From the NCBI GenBank assembly GCA_028287235.1, contig JAQBQB010000019.1, forward strand, positions 104,184 to 168,183: a stretch of 64,000 nucleotides of DNA. Direction: 5' to 3'. Within the stretch, counting starts at the first letter, position 1. Each line of letters starts with the position of its first letter. Position numbers and translations under genes: made by a program. The notes below the pieces were generated by a model. It did no database searches, was not told the origin of the DNA, and saw only the letters and a list, made by a program, of their open reading frames with translations. Positions 48,710-59,612 of this stretch are shown in pieces. This stretch comes from Gemmatimonadota bacterium. GTDB taxonomy: Bacteria > Gemmatimonadota > Gemmatimonadetes > Gemmatimonadales > Gemmatimonadaceae.

Positions 48710-49165
48710 GTGAAGGACGCGCTGGAAGCTGTTGTGTCGTCGGAGCTTGACGCGGTCGCTTACGACCTCGTGGAGCTGCGGCGCGGGGGAACGCGGAGCC
48801 GGCCGTTGATCGAGGTTCGCATCGATCGGCGCGACGGCACAGCGGTCACGGTCGACGACTGCACGCGTGCGTCCCGGGCGCTCGAAGCGCGGCTGGACGG
48901 CAGCGATCTGGTGTCACCGCAGTACGTGTTGCAGGTGTCGTCGCCAGGTGAGCGGCCGCTCCGCACCACGGACGAGTGGCGTCGTTTTGTTGGAAGCTGG
49001 GCCAACGTCCTGAGTCCGGATCATGGAGGCAGGTTCGAGGGGAAAATCCTCGCAGTGGAGGGAGAGTTGGGATCGGAGGTCGCGGTGCTCGAGCTCAAGC
49101 CGGGCGATGACCGCCGCATTCCGCTGGCTGCCGTCAAGGAGGCGCGGCTGGCGTTTCACTTGTAA
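48710..49165 (+). CDS. rimP: Ribosome maturation factor RimP
   Basis: ..AVAYDLVELRRGGTRSRPLIEVRIDR.DG..VTVDDC...SR.LE..LD.. is followed by nusA. The start was trimmed to GTG 48710 because the ORF-track start at 48641 lies upstream of, and the reading frame runs through, the terminator hairpin. Confidence 0.8.
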   Translation: MKDALEAVVSSELDAVAYDLVELRRGGTRSRPLIEVRIDRRDGTAVTVDDCTRASRALEARLDGSDLVSPQYVLQVSSPGERPLRTTDEWRRFVGSWANVLSPDHGGRFEGKILAVEGELGSEVAVLELKPGDDRRIPLAAVKEARLAFHL

Positions 49166-49234
49166 ACGAAATCGGTCGGACGCCGCGCCGCGGAACCACT
49201 CGCGCGCGGGTCCGCACAACACGAGGGGTCTTGG

Positions 49235-50581
49235 ATGGTCAGTTCTGCAGAGATTCTCGCCGCGTTTCGCGAGGTGTCGAACACCAAGCAGCTCGATCGC
49301 TCGGAACTGTACGCGCTGCTCCAGGACGGCATTCTCGCCGCACTCGCCAAGAAATACGGTCCGAACGTTCAGGCTGAAGTCAACATCGACGACGGCAAAG
49401 GCGATATTCGCATCGTGTTGCTGAAGACGGTCGTGGCCGTCGTCGAGGACTCGAGCAACCAGATCTCGATCGATGACGCCAAGACCTTCGACGAAAGCTT
49501 CGAAGCGGGCGACGTCATGGAAGAGCCCATCGACTTCGCGGTCTTCGGCCGCGCGGCGGTGCAGGCGGCCAAGCAGCGCATCATTCAGCGCGTCCGCGAA
49601 GGCGAGCGCACCCGGATCCGCGACGAGTTCGCGACGCGCGTCGGCGACCTGCTGTCGGGCGAAGTGCAGCAGATCGAGCGCGGGAAGCTCGTTGTGATGC
49701 TGAACAAGTTCCGTGAAGCGGAAGCGATCATTCCGTACCGCGAGCAGAACCATCGCGAGCATTATCACCAAGGCGAGCCGATCCGCGCCGTCCTCAAGCG
49801 CGTGGAAGAGACGCCCAAGGGACCGCGCCTCATCCTGAGCCGGGGCGATCCGTTGTTCGTGCAGGCGCTGTTCAAGCTCGAGGTACCTGAGATCCAGCAG
49901 AACATCGTCGAGATCCGCGCCGCCGCCCGCGAAGTGGGCAGCCGTACCAAGGTCGCCGTGTTCTCGCGCGACGATTCGATCGATCCGGTCGGCGCATGCG
50001 TAGGGCTCAAGGGCTCGCGCGTGCAGGCGGTGGTGAACGAGTTGAACGGTGAGCGCATCGACATCGTGCCCTGGTCGCCCGATCCGGAGCGCTTCGCCAA
50101 GCTGGCGCTCGCGCCGGCCAAGGTGGCGCGCGTGTTCAGCGACCCGGCCACGAAAACGATCCAGGCGGTCGTCGACGAAGACCAGCTCTCGCTGGCGATC
50201 GGCCGGAACGGGCAGAACGTGCGGCTCGCGTCGGAGTTGACTGGCTGGAAAATCGACCTCTATTCGAGTCGTGAGTGGATGGAGCGCGGCGGCGCCGAAT
50301 CGCAGATCTTTGCGCCGCTGCCGGAGGAGACCGAGGAGATGGCCGACGTGAAGTTGTCGGACATCGGCGGCATGCCGCCGGCCACGGTCGCGGTGCTGGA
50401 AGAGGCGGGGTATCGCACGTTGAACGACATCCTCGATCTCGAGCGCGAGGATTTTCTCAAGCTCCCCGGGATCGCGCCGGAAGAAGCCGATCGCATCATG
50501 ACCATGATCGACGAGTTGACGACGGAAGACGGCGGCAGCGATGAGTCTTCGGCCGGCGGAGAAGGCTCGCCGGCGGCGTAA
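49235..50581 (+). CDS. nusA: Transcription termination/antitermination factor NusA
   Basis: N-terminal domain, S1 (..GDLLSGEVQQIERGKLVV..), two KH domains (..GACVGLKGSRVQAVVNEL.GE.IDIV.., ..AIGRNGQNVRLASELTGWKIDL..) and one C-terminal HhH repeat. Confidence 0.96.
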   Translation: MVSSAEILAAFREVSNTKQLDRSELYALLQDGILAALAKKYGPNVQAEVNIDDGKGDIRIVLLKTVVAVVEDSSNQISIDDAKTFDESFEAGDVMEEPIDFAVFGRAAVQAAKQRIIQRVREGERTRIRDEFATRVGDLLSGEVQQIERGKLVVMLNKFREAEAIIPYREQNHREHYHQGEPIRAVLKRVEETPKGPRLILSRGDPLFVQALFKLEVPEIQQNIVEIRAAAREVGSRTKVAVFSRDDSIDPVGACVGLKGSRVQAVVNELNGERIDIVPWSPDPERFAKLALAPAKVARVFSDPATKTIQAVVDEDQLSLAIGRNGQNVRLASELTGWKIDLYSSREWMERGGAESQIFAPLPEETEEMADVKLSDIGGMPPATVAVLEEAGYRTLNDILDLEREDFLKLPGIAPEEADRIMTMIDELTTEDGGSDESSAGGEGSPAA

Positions 50582-50612
50582 GCGACGCAAGTGAGCAGTC
50601 AGTGAGGATTAC

Positions 50613-50966
50613 GTGAGCGAGCCGATGAGTGCCGCGGTGCGGCAGCGCGTCCTGCGCCTTCTGGGACTGGGCGCGCGCAGCAAGGGAGCGATCATCGGGG
50701 TGGATTCGGTGCGGGAAGCGGCGAAGCGAAATAAGGTTTTTCTCGCCGTCGTTGCGCTCGACGCGTCGACGAACAGCTTGGATAAGGTCGTGCCGCTGCT
50801 CAATGCTCGGCGCGTTAGGTTTGTAGAAGTTCCGTCCGCTGCGGAGTTGGGTGCTGCAGTAGGGCGTAATCAGACGGCGGTGGTGGGCATCGTCGACCGG
50901 CAACTAGCTGCCGGTGTTCGCGCTTCGGTGGAAGGCCCGGCTAGGGCCCATGAGGAGGATGTTTGA
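50613..50966 (+). CDS. L7Ae/L30e family RNA-binding protein (YlxQ-like)
   Basis: ..LLGLGARSKGAIIGVDSVREAAKRNKVFLAVVALDAS.N..DKV..L.. sits between nusA and infB, as ylxQ does in Bacillus. Confidence 0.72.
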   Translation: MSEPMSAAVRQRVLRLLGLGARSKGAIIGVDSVREAAKRNKVFLAVVALDASTNSLDKVVPLLNARRVRFVEVPSAAELGAAVGRNQTAVVGIVDRQLAAGVRASVEGPARAHEEDV

Positions 50967-53734
50967 GCAAGCTTTCAGTCAGTGAGTTGGCCAACGAGTT
51001 CGGAGTGTCTGCCGAAGAAGTAGTCGCGGTTCTTCGACAGATGGATATTCCTATTCGCAGCCATCTGAGCATGCTCACGGACGACCAAGTCGCTCGCATC
51101 CGGGCACGCTGGGAGCGTGAGAAGCGTGTGCGTGCGGAAGCGAAGGCCGCTCCCGCGCCGACCGCGCGTCGCCGTCGCACGGGAGCCGCCGCGCCGGCGG
51201 CTCCGGCTCCAGAGCCCGTCCCCGAGCCCACCGTCGGCGAGCCGGTTCGCCGCCGTCGCAAGGCGGCCGACGTCCAGGCCGCCGCCGAGGAGCACGCGGC
51301 CGTTGCCGCCGCCGCCGCCGAAGCCGCCGCGGAGCTCGCGGCGCAGCAAGCCGCCGCCGCCGCGGAAGCCGCGCGCATCGAGGAAGCGCGCATGGAAGCG
51401 CTGCGCATCGCCGAAGCCGCCGTCGCCGCTGCTGAAGCAGCGGCCGCCGCTGCCGAGGAACGCGCCGAGCCGCGCACGTCGGACACCGAAGTGCAGCGCA
51501 CGCCCGCGTCGGAAACTCCGGCGCAGCGTCCGCAGGTCGTCGCGCATTCCCACTCCGGCGCTCCCGAGCGCCAGCGTCCGCGCCCCGTCACGCCCGGCGC
51601 TCCGCGCCCGCGTCCGGTCGCGAGCAGCGGTGGATTTCCGCCGCGTCCGATCGCCTCTGCCGCTCCTGGCGGCGGACCGCGTCGTGATGCGCCGCGTCCT
51701 GGATCGGGCGGCCCTGGCAGCGGCTCGAACGCCGGTAGTGGCGGCGGTGGCAGCGCACCTGGCAGCACGGCCGATCGTGGACGCCGCAAGAAGGGCAAAC
51801 GCGGCGCGGTCGATCAGGAAGCGGTGGATGCGAACATCTCGAAGACCATGGCGACGATGCGCGGCGCCCCCGCGCGCTCGCGTGGCGGCGATCTGCGCCG
51901 CGGCAGCCGTGAGGAGATCGAGGCGGCGCGCGTCGCCGAAGCCGAGCGCGAGAAGAAGCTCGTGCGCGTCAACGAGTTCATCACGGTCAGCGAGCTCGCG
52001 CAAATCCTGAAGGTTCCGGCCACCGAGATCGTGTCGTTCGCGTTCAAGAATCTCGGGCTCATGGTCACCATCAACCTGCGCCTCGACTTCGACCAGATCG
52101 AGTTGATCGCGGGCGAATTCGGCTTCCAGGCGGTTCGCGAAGACGCATATCAGGCCGACGAAACGGGTGCTCCGGCGGCTGCCGATCTGCCCGAGGACCT
52201 CGTGCCGCGTCCGCCGATCGTCACGATCATGGGTCACGTCGACCATGGTAAGACGTCGCTGCTCGACTATATCCGCAAGGCGAATGTCGTGGCGGGCGAA
52301 GCGGGCGGCATCACGCAGCACATCGGCGCCTACCACGTGCAGTTGCCGGGCGGCAAGATGATCACCTTCCTCGACACGCCGGGCCACGAAGCATTCACGG
52401 CCATGCGTGCGCGCGGCGCCCAGGTCACGGACATCGTGGTGCTCGTCGTCGCCGCGGATGACTCGGTGATGCCGCAGACGATCGAAGCGATCTCGCACGC
52501 CAAGAACGCCGGCGTGCCGCTGATCGTGGCGATCAACAAGATCGATCTGCCGCAGGCGAACGCGAACAAGGTGAAGCAGGAGCTGCTCCAGCACGGGGTC
52601 GTGCTCGAGGAGTTCGGCGGCGCCACGCTCTCCACCGAGATCTCGGCCAAGAAGGGCACGAATGTCGAGGTGTTGCTGGATCAGATTCTCCTTCAAGCCG
52701 AGATTCTCGATCTCAAGGCAAATCCGAACCGCAAGGCCACGGGGACCGTGGTCGAAGCGCAGCTGGATGCGGGCAAGGGACCGGTCGCGACAGTGCTCGT
52801 GCAGAACGGCACGCTCAGCGTGGGCGACGATTTCATCTGCGGCATGTGGTCTGGCCGCGTCCGCGCCCTGCTCGACGAGCGCGGCAAGCAGGTGAAGAAG
52901 GCGGGTCCGGCCATTCCGGTGCAGATCCTGGGCTTCCAGGGTGTGCCGCACGCCGGCGATCAGCTCCTCGTAGTCGAAGACGCCGCGATGGCGCGTGAAG
53001 TGGCGCAGCGCCGCGAGCGGCTCGACCGCGAAGCGAAGAGCCGTCGTGGAACGCGCGGTGGCGTCACGCTGGAAGACTTCATGGCGCAGGCCGCGGCCGG
53101 TGTCGCGCATACGCTCAACATCGTCATCAAGGCCGATCAGGGCGGTCCGGCGGAAGCGCTCGCCGATTCGCTCATCGGATTGTCGACGCCGGAAGTCAAA
53201 GTCGAGGTCATCCACCGCGGTGTCGGTGCGATCACCGAGAGCGACATCCTGCTCGCGCGCACGGCCGGCGCGGTCATCATCGGCTTCCACGTGCGCCCGG
53301 ACAACAACGCGCGCACGGCGGCGGAACGCGAAGGTGTCGAGATCAAGCTGTACCGCATCATCTACGAGGCGGTGGCCGACGTTCGCGCGGCGATGGAAGG
53401 CATGCTCCGTCCCGAAGAGCGCGAGATCGTGCTCGGCGAAGCCGAGGTGCGCGAGGTGTTCAAGATCTCTCGTCTCGGTACCATCGCCGGCGCGTCGGTC
53501 CGCAGCGGCGTCATCAACCGTCAGGGCCGCGTGCGGGTCATTCGCAACGGGGTCGAAGTGTTCGACGGCACGTTGGCGTCGCTCAAGCGCTTCAAGGACG
53601 ACGTTCGCGAAGTGCGCGAAGGGTTCGAATGCGGCTTGAGTGTCGAGAACTTCAACGACATCAAGGTTGGCGACGTCGTCGAGTGTTACCGCACGGAAGA
53701 GTTCGCGCGCACGCTCGAATCGACTCAGGTCTAG
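50963..53734 (+). CDS. infB: Translation initiation factor IF-2
   Basis: G-domain [16 protein letters not shown] and NKID. The N-terminal region is Ala/Pro/Arg-rich and low-complexity. TTG start preceded by GAGGAGGA. Confidence 0.96.
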   Translation: MSKLSVSELANEFGVSAEEVVAVLRQMDIPIRSHLSMLTDDQVARIRARWEREKRVRAEAKAAPAPTARRRRTGAAAPAAPAPEPVPEPTVGEPVRRRRKAADVQAAAEEHAAVAAAAAEAAAELAAQQAAAAAEAARIEEARMEALRIAEAAVAAAEAAAAAAEERAEPRTSDTEVQRTPASETPAQRPQVVAHSHSGAPERQRPRPVTPGAPRPRPVASSGGFPPRPIASAAPGGGPRRDAPRPGSGGPGSGSNAGSGGGGSAPGSTADRGRRKKGKRGAVDQEAVDANISKTMATMRGAPARSRGGDLRRGSREEIEAARVAEAEREKKLVRVNEFITVSELAQILKVPATEIVSFAFKNLGLMVTINLRLDFDQIELIAGEFGFQAVREDAYQADETGAPAAADLPEDLVPRPPIVTIMGHVDHGKTSLLDYIRKANVVAGEAGGITQHIGAYHVQLPGGKMITFLDTPGHEAFTAMRARGAQVTDIVVLVVAADDSVMPQTIEAISHAKNAGVPLIVAINKIDLPQANANKVKQELLQHGVVLEEFGGATLSTEISAKKGTNVEVLLDQILLQAEILDLKANPNRKATGTVVEAQLDAGKGPVATVLVQNGTLSVGDDFICGMWSGRVRALLDERGKQVKKAGPAIPVQILGFQGVPHAGDQLLVVEDAAMAREVAQRRERLDREAKSRRGTRGGVTLEDFMAQAAAGVAHTLNIVIKADQGGPAEALADSLIGLSTPEVKVEVIHRGVGAITESDILLARTAGAVIIGFHVRPDNNARTAAEREGVEIKLYRIIYEAVADVRAAMEGMLRPEEREIVLGEAEVREVFKISRLGTIAGASVRSGVINRQGRVRVIRNGVEVFDGTLASLKRFKDDVREVREGFECGLSVENFNDIKVGDVVECYRTEEFARTLESTQV

Positions 53735-53741
53735 ACCGGCG

Positions 53742-54167
53742 ATGGCTGAGCATCACCGGTCGGACCGAGTGGCGGAAGCCATTCGCGAAGAAGTCGCGAC
53801 GTTCCTCGCCGGCGACGTGAAGGATCCGCGCGTCAGCGGGTTGGTGACGGTGACCGCCTGCGAGGTGACGCGCGACTTGCGCCACGCCAAGGTGTTCGTG
53901 AGCGTGATGGGCACCGACAAGGAGCGCGCCGCGACGTTCGAGGGGCTCGCCAGCGTGGCCACGCACCTGCGGTCGCGCGTCGGCCGGGCGCTCAGCCTGC
54001 GTCTCGCGCCGGAGATCACGTTCAAACCCGACGAGAGCATCGCTCGCGCGGCGCGCATCGAGGACCTGCTTGCCCAGATCAAGGAGGGCCAGCCGTCCGA
54101 GCCGACAGCCTCACCTGCGCCACCCGTTCCACCCGTTCCACCCACCGATGGAGAAGGCAACGGCTGA
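53742..54167 (+). CDS. rbfA: Ribosome-binding factor A
   Basis: ..RSDRVAEAIREEVATFL..DVKDPRV.GLVTVT..EVT.DLRHAKVFVSV... Confidence 0.9.
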   Translation: MAEHHRSDRVAEAIREEVATFLAGDVKDPRVSGLVTVTACEVTRDLRHAKVFVSVMGTDKERAATFEGLASVATHLRSRVGRALSLRLAPEITFKPDESIARAARIEDLLAQIKEGQPSEPTASPAPPVPPVPPTDGEGNG

Positions 54168-55053
54168 TCGTCAGGCTGACGCCAGCGAGCTCGGCGGCGT
54201 CTTGCTCGTCGACAAGCCGGCGGGGATCACGTCGCACGATGCCGTCGCCATCGTGCGCCGCGCGGCGCACACGCGCCGCGTAGGGCACACCGGAACGCTC
54301 GATCCATTCGCGACCGGACTGCTCGTGATGTTAATTGGTCGCGGAACGCGACTAATTCCGTATGTCGACGGCGAGCCGAAGGTCTACGAGGCTACGATTC
54401 GGTTCGGCGCCGAAACCGACACCGACGACGGGACGGGCACGACGACGCGAACGGCCGAGCTCCCGGCCGACGGCGCGATCGAAGAAGGCATTCGCCAGTT
54501 GACCGGCCCGATCGACCAGGTGCCGCCCGCGTATTCCGCCAAGCAGGTCGACGGTACCCGCGCTTACGCCGCCGCTCGCGGCGGCCGTGCGCTCGAGCTG
54601 GAGCCCTGCCGCGTCAACGTCCACGAGTGGACGATCCTCGGCCGCGACGGCGCCGATCTCCGCGTGCGCATTTCCTGCGGGGGCGGCACGTACATTCGCG
54701 CGCTCGCCCGCGACCTCGGCCGGCTCACGACCAGCGCCGCGCACCTCTCGGCCCTCCGGCGCACCCGCACCGGCCAGTTTTCGGTCGACGATGCGGCGAC
54801 GCTCGACGCGATCGCGGCCGGTGCTTTGCCAGTCCAGTCTCTGCGCGCCGCGATTCCGTCGCTGCCTGTGCGGCGCCTCGACGCGTCTGAGCTCGGCCGC
54901 GTGGGACATGGCAACCCCATCGCCGCGCGCGCTGGGGATCTGCAAGCGGAGGGCGCCCGCATCGCGTTGGTCGATGATGAGGAAACGCTCATCGCCGTCG
55001 CCGAGCGTGCGGGAAGCGAGCTGCGTCCCAAGCTGGTGCTGCGCGATGGGTGA
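54148..55053 (+). CDS. truB: tRNA pseudouridine(55) synthase
   Basis: ..GVLLVDKPAGITSHDAV..VGHTGTLDPFATGLLV.. (catalytic Asp) and ..QVPPAYSAKQV.G.RAY... Confidence 0.92.
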   Translation: MEKATADRQADASELGGVLLVDKPAGITSHDAVAIVRRAAHTRRVGHTGTLDPFATGLLVMLIGRGTRLIPYVDGEPKVYEATIRFGAETDTDDGTGTTTRTAELPADGAIEEGIRQLTGPIDQVPPAYSAKQVDGTRAYAAARGGRALELEPCRVNVHEWTILGRDGADLRVRISCGGGTYIRALARDLGRLTTSAAHLSALRRTRTGQFSVDDAATLDAIAAGALPVQSLRAAIPSLPVRRLDASELGRVGHGNPIAARAGDLQAEGARIALVDDEETLIAVAERAGSELRPKLVLRDG

Positions 55054-55972
55054 CCGCGACGGGATGCCCCAGCTTGCCGGAGGCTCGGTGGTGACCGTCG
55101 GCACGTTCGACGGCGTGCATCTCGGACACCGCGACATCCTGCGTCGTCTCCACGAGCGAGCCGATGCGCTCGGGCTGCCGGCGGCGCTCGTGACCTTTCG
55201 GCCCCATCCGCTCGAAGTGGTCAATCCCGCGGCCGCGCCGATGCTGCTCACTCCGGAGAGCGAGCAGCTCGACGCCCTCGCCGACAGCGGACCACTGTCG
55301 GTAATCGTACTGCCGTTCACGCCGGCGCTGGCGCGGTATTCCGCCGAGGCGTTCGTCAGCGAGCTGCTCATCGATCGGTACCACGTCCGCGAGCTCGTCA
55401 TCGGCTACGACCACGGCATTGGCCGAGGCAGGCAAGGGGACGCCGGCGTGCTGAAGCAGCTTGGCGAAGCGCGCGGCTTCGGCGTGGACGTGATGGCCGC
55501 GACGCTCGACGCCATGGGCGCGCCGATCTCGTCCAGCGCCATCCGCACGTTCATCGCTCACGGCGACCTCGCGCGGGCCGAGCGGTCGCTGGGACGCCCC
55601 TACGCCTTCCGCGGCGTCGTCGTGGCCGGCCAGCAGCGTGGACGCGACCTCGGCTATCCCACGCTCAACATCCAGCTGGCGTCGGCGCGCAAACTTCTTC
55701 CGCCGGAAGGGGTATATGCCATTCGAGCCCAGACGCCCCGCGGTTCGTTCGGTGGAATGATGAACCTCGGCGCGCGCCCGACGTTTGGCGAGTTCGACCG
55801 CACTCTCGAAGTGCACCTGTTCGAGGCGAGCGGGGATTGGTATGGCGAGGCTGTATCCGTAGAGCTCATTCGTCGTCTTCGAGACACGACCCGCTTCACG
55901 AGTGTGGATGCCCTCGTGGCGCAGCTCGGTCAGGACGCCGCGGATGCCCGCTTCGCGTTGACCCAAGCGTAA
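55046..55972 (+). CDS. ribF: Bifunctional riboflavin kinase / FAD synthetase
   Basis: ..VVTVGTFDGVHLGHRDIL.. and a C-terminal riboflavin kinase domain (..GYPT.N.., ..LEVHLF..). Confidence 0.92.
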   Translation: MGDRDGMPQLAGGSVVTVGTFDGVHLGHRDILRRLHERADALGLPAALVTFRPHPLEVVNPAAAPMLLTPESEQLDALADSGPLSVIVLPFTPALARYSAEAFVSELLIDRYHVRELVIGYDHGIGRGRQGDAGVLKQLGEARGFGVDVMAATLDAMGAPISSSAIRTFIAHGDLARAERSLGRPYAFRGVVVAGQQRGRDLGYPTLNIQLASARKLLPPEGVYAIRAQTPRGSFGGMMNLGARPTFGEFDRTLEVHLFEASGDWYGEAVSVELIRRLRDTTRFTSVDALVAQLGQDAADARFALTQA

Positions 55973-56028
55973 GGCCCAGTTAACGTTATAGGTTCCGCGC
56001 AGGACCCCTACCTCCTTCCCGCAGTCGT

Positions 56029-57708
56029 ATGCCCCTGAAGTATCGCGTACTGACCATCATAGGCCTGTGCCTCGTGTCGGTCTTCTTCCTGTTCCCGCGC
56101 AACGTGACGACTCGCGTGCGCGGTGCGGACGGGCTGATGCACGACGAGACGGTCCGCCACATCCCGTTGCAGCGCGGACTCGATCTCAAGGGCGGGACGT
56201 ATCTCGCCCTCGAGGTGGACGACTCGAAGCAAGCCATTCCGGCCGACAAGAAGGCGGATGCGATCGACCGCGCGCTCAAGACCGTGCGCTCGCGCATCGA
56301 AGGCTTCGGCGTGTCGGAGGCCGTCGTCCAGAAGCAGGGCAGCGACCGCATCGTCGTGCAGATTCCGGGCATTCAAGATCCGGAGCGCGCGAAGAAGCTC
56401 GTGGAAGAGCAGGCGTTCCTGCAATTCAAGATCACTGATAAGACGCAAGCACTCGAGCGCTCGCTGCCGAAGCTCGACCAGGTGGTCAAAGCGCGCGGGC
56501 TCGTGGCGGTGGGCGGCGCGGCCGCGACGACCGCGACTCCGGCCAACAAGGGCTTGCAGGGCCTGTTGACGTCGGCCGACACGACCAAGAAGGCGGACAC
56601 GTCGAAGAAGGCGGGCGCCAAGGCCGATTCGACAAAGGCTGATTCGCTCAAGGTGCAGCCGGGCGGCGCGTTCTCGAGCTTGCTCGAGCAGGGCGGAATG
56701 CCGGGCGAGTTCTATGTCGAGACGTCGAAGATTCCCGCGATCGACAATTATCTGTCCGACACGGTCGTCAAAGCCGCGATGCCGCCGGGCAAGGAGTTGC
56801 TCCCGGGCACCGATTCGTCGTTCCTGCAGGGCAAGTGGTACCGAACTTACTATCTCGTCGATTCGAAGCCGATCGCGACCGGTGAGCATCTCACCACGGC
56901 GCGTCCGAACCAAAGTCCGGAAGGCACGATCGTCGAGTTCGAGATGGACAACGAAGGCGGCCGCCGATTTCGTCAGGAGACGGGCAAGCACATCGGCGAC
57001 TACATGGCGATCATCCTCGACGATCGCATCATGGGCCGTCCGCCGGTGATTCAGGGCGCGATCGGCACGCGCGGCCAGATCACGATGGGCGGCAAGGGTC
57101 TCGCGGAAGCACAGGACCTCGCCTTGGTGCTGCGTGCCGGCGCGCTGCCGGTGCCGCTCCGCGTGGCTCAAGTGCAGACGATCGGACCAAGCCTCGGTCA
57201 GGACTCGATCGACAAGGGCATGCGCGCCATGGCCATCGCCGTGACGCTCGTCGTCGTCATCATGGTCGTGTACTATCGCTTCTCGGGCCTGCTCGCCGTC
57301 GGCGGACTGGTGCTCTACATGCTGTACACCCTGGCGGCGCTCGCCGGCTTCAACGCCGTGCTCACGCTGCCCGGCATCGCGGGCTTCGTGCTCTCCATCG
57401 GTATGGCGGTCGACGCCAACGTGCTGATCTTCGAGCGCATTCGCGAAGAGTTGCAGCGCGGCAAGACGGTGCGGACCGCCATCGAAGAGGGTTTCCGCCA
57501 CGCCATGCCCGCGATCGTCGACTCGAACGTCTCGACGATTCTCACCGCCGCGGTGCTGTATCAGTACGGCACTGGTCCGGTGAAGGGCTTCGCCGTCACG
57601 CTCATCGCCGGTATCGTCGCCTCGCTCATCACGTCGATCTTCGTGGTGCGGACCTTCTATCTCCTGTGGCTGAACCGCTCGCGCGGCGCCCAGACGCTGA
57701 GCATCTAA
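56029..57708 (+). CDS. secD: Protein translocase subunit SecD
   Basis: N-terminal TM, large periplasmic domain (..LDLKGG..), and a C-terminal 5-TM bundle (..DANVLIFERIREE..). Confidence 0.95.
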   Translation: MPLKYRVLTIIGLCLVSVFFLFPRNVTTRVRGADGLMHDETVRHIPLQRGLDLKGGTYLALEVDDSKQAIPADKKADAIDRALKTVRSRIEGFGVSEAVVQKQGSDRIVVQIPGIQDPERAKKLVEEQAFLQFKITDKTQALERSLPKLDQVVKARGLVAVGGAAATTATPANKGLQGLLTSADTTKKADTSKKAGAKADSTKADSLKVQPGGAFSSLLEQGGMPGEFYVETSKIPAIDNYLSDTVVKAAMPPGKELLPGTDSSFLQGKWYRTYYLVDSKPIATGEHLTTARPNQSPEGTIVEFEMDNEGGRRFRQETGKHIGDYMAIILDDRIMGRPPVIQGAIGTRGQITMGGKGLAEAQDLALVLRAGALPVPLRVAQVQTIGPSLGQDSIDKGMRAMAIAVTLVVVIMVVYYRFSGLLAVGGLVLYMLYTLAALAGFNAVLTLPGIAGFVLSIGMAVDANVLIFERIREELQRGKTVRTAIEEGFRHAMPAIVDSNVSTILTAAVLYQYGTGPVKGFAVTLIAGIVASLITSIFVVRTFYLLWLNRSRGAQTLSI

Positions 57709-58721
57709 TGCTGCGCATTCTCCACGACACCAATTACGATTTCATCAAGTACTGGAAGACCGCCGCGGTCGGTACGATCGGGTTCATCCTGCTCGGCTTG
57801 GTGTTGCTCGGCGTCCACGCCTCTCGGCACAATGGCGATGCGCTGAACTACAGCGTCGAGTTCACGGGCGGCGCCGTGGTCCAGGTGACGTTCGATCAGA
57901 ACGCGACACCGGATATCGTGCGCAGCGCCGTCAACACCGCCGGCTTCAGCGGCGCCGAAGTGACGACCTTCGGTGACGCGAGGAACTACATGGTGAAGGT
58001 GCAGCCGAAGAGCGGCGAGGCCGCCGCGGTGAACGCCGACAGCGTCGGGAAGCAGATCGTGAGCGTCCTCAAGCAACAAGCGCCGGCCAATCCGGCCCAC
58101 GTCGCCCGGGCCGAAGCGGTCGGACCGCGCGTCGGGTCCGAGCTGAAGACGAAGGCGATCACCGCCATCATCATCTCGTTCATCGTCACGTTGATCTACC
58201 TCGCGATTCGCTTCGAGTGGCGCTTCGGCGTCGCGGCGACGATCGCGACGATGCACGACATTCTCACCACCATGGCGTTTCTCGCCATGATGCGCCTCGA
58301 GATCTCGCTCACGGTGGTCGCCGCGATCCTCACGGTGATCGGCTACTCGCTGAACGACACGATCATCATCTTCGATCGCGTGCGCGAGAACCTCAAGAAG
58401 CAGCGCAAGGAATCCTTGCGCGAGGTGCTCAACCGCTCGATCAACGAGACGCTGCCGCGCTCCGTGATGACCCACGCCACGGTGTTCGCCGCCACGCTCT
58501 CGCTGCTCTTCTTTGCGGGTGAGGTCATTCGTCCGTTCTCGTGGATCATGGCGTTTGGTGTCTTCACCGGAACGTTCAGCTCGATCTACGTGGCCGGCGC
58601 GATCCTCCTCTGGATCGAGCACAAGTGGCCGCGCGACGCGAGCGCTGAGAACAAGGGAACCGCCCGCGCATTGGCCGAGGGGCGGCGTCAGGAGCGTCCG
58701 ACGCCGGTCGGCACGCGCTGA
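57708..58721 (+). CDS. secF: Protein translocase subunit SecF
   Basis: MLRILHDTNYDFIKYWK.. and ..GYSLNDTIIIFDRVREN... The start ATG overlaps the secD stop (TAATG). Confidence 0.93.
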   Translation: MLRILHDTNYDFIKYWKTAAVGTIGFILLGLVLLGVHASRHNGDALNYSVEFTGGAVVQVTFDQNATPDIVRSAVNTAGFSGAEVTTFGDARNYMVKVQPKSGEAAAVNADSVGKQIVSVLKQQAPANPAHVARAEAVGPRVGSELKTKAITAIIISFIVTLIYLAIRFEWRFGVAATIATMHDILTTMAFLAMMRLEISLTVVAAILTVIGYSLNDTIIIFDRVRENLKKQRKESLREVLNRSINETLPRSVMTHATVFAATLSLLFFAGEVIRPFSWIMAFGVFTGTFSSIYVAGAILLWIEHKWPRDASAENKGTARALAEGRRQERPTPVGTR

Positions 58722-58755
58722 GGCGTTGGTGTACGCGCTTCCGAACACGATCGTC

Positions 58756-58790
58756 ACGAACCGCCGCCTTGCGCGGCGGTTCGTCGTTTC
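58756..58790 (+). terminator. GC-rich hairpin after secF (weak T-tract)
   Basis: ACGAACCGCCGC / GCGGCGGTTCGT is a 12-bp stem followed by CGTTTC. It ends immediately before the tatD ATG. Confidence 0.45.
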
Positions 58791-59612
58791 ATGACGACGT
58801 TCATCGACAGCCACGCACACCTCGCCGATCCCGCGTTCGATGAGGACGGCGGGGCGGTGATCGAGCGCGCCCGCGTCACGGGCGCGCAGGCCGTCGTGTG
58901 CATCGGCGAGTCGATCGGCGCCGCGGAACGGGCCGCAGCGATCGCGGCGGCGCACGCCGGGTTCATCTTCTCCACCGCCGGCGTCCACCCTCACGATGCG
59001 TCGTCGTTCGACCCGGCACGCGATCCCGACGCCATCCGCGCGCTGGTGGGGCAGGGCGCTGTGGCCATTGGCGAGTGCGGCCTCGACTCCCACTACGACC
59101 ACTCGCCGCGCGACCTCCAGCGCCGCGCGTTCGCCGCGCAGCTCGCGCTTGGGCGAGAGCTCGACCGGGCGGTCATCGTCCACACCCGCGACGCCGAAGA
59201 CGACACGCGTGCCATGGTCGTGGAGGCGGGCGGCGCCGGCGTGCGGGGCGTGCTGCACTGCTACACCGGCTCGCACGCCCTCGCCGAAGCCGCGCTCGAC
59301 GTGGGCTGGTACGTTTCGTTCAGCGCGATCGTGACCTTCAAGAAGTGGGACGACGACGCGCTGATTCGTCTCGTGCCGGCCGACCGCATTTTGGTCGAGT
59401 CGGACTCGCCGTATCTCGCGCCGGTCCCGCACCGCGGAAAGCGGAACGAGCCGGCGTGGGTTAGTTTCACCGTCGCACGTGTCGCCGCCGCCCGCGGCGT
59501 GGACGCCTCGGAGCTCGGCGCCCAAGCAGCGGCGAACACCATCCGCTTGTTCGGTCTTCCCCTGTTTCCGTTGTTCCCCCCGTCACCCCGGTCATCGAGG
59601 AGCGATTCGTGA
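58791..59612 (+). CDS. tatD: TatD family metal-dependent hydrolase
   Basis: ..FIDSHAHL.., ..GECGLD.., ..VIVHTRDA.. and ..LVESDSPYL... Confidence 0.9.
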   Translation: MTTFIDSHAHLADPAFDEDGGAVIERARVTGAQAVVCIGESIGAAERAAAIAAAHAGFIFSTAGVHPHDASSFDPARDPDAIRALVGQGAVAIGECGLDSHYDHSPRDLQRRAFAAQLALGRELDRAVIVHTRDAEDDTRAMVVEAGGAGVRGVLHCYTGSHALAEAALDVGWYVSFSAIVTFKKWDDDALIRLVPADRILVESDSPYLAPVPHRGKRNEPAWVSFTVARVAAARGVDASELGAQAAANTIRLFGLPLFPLFPPSPRSSRSDS

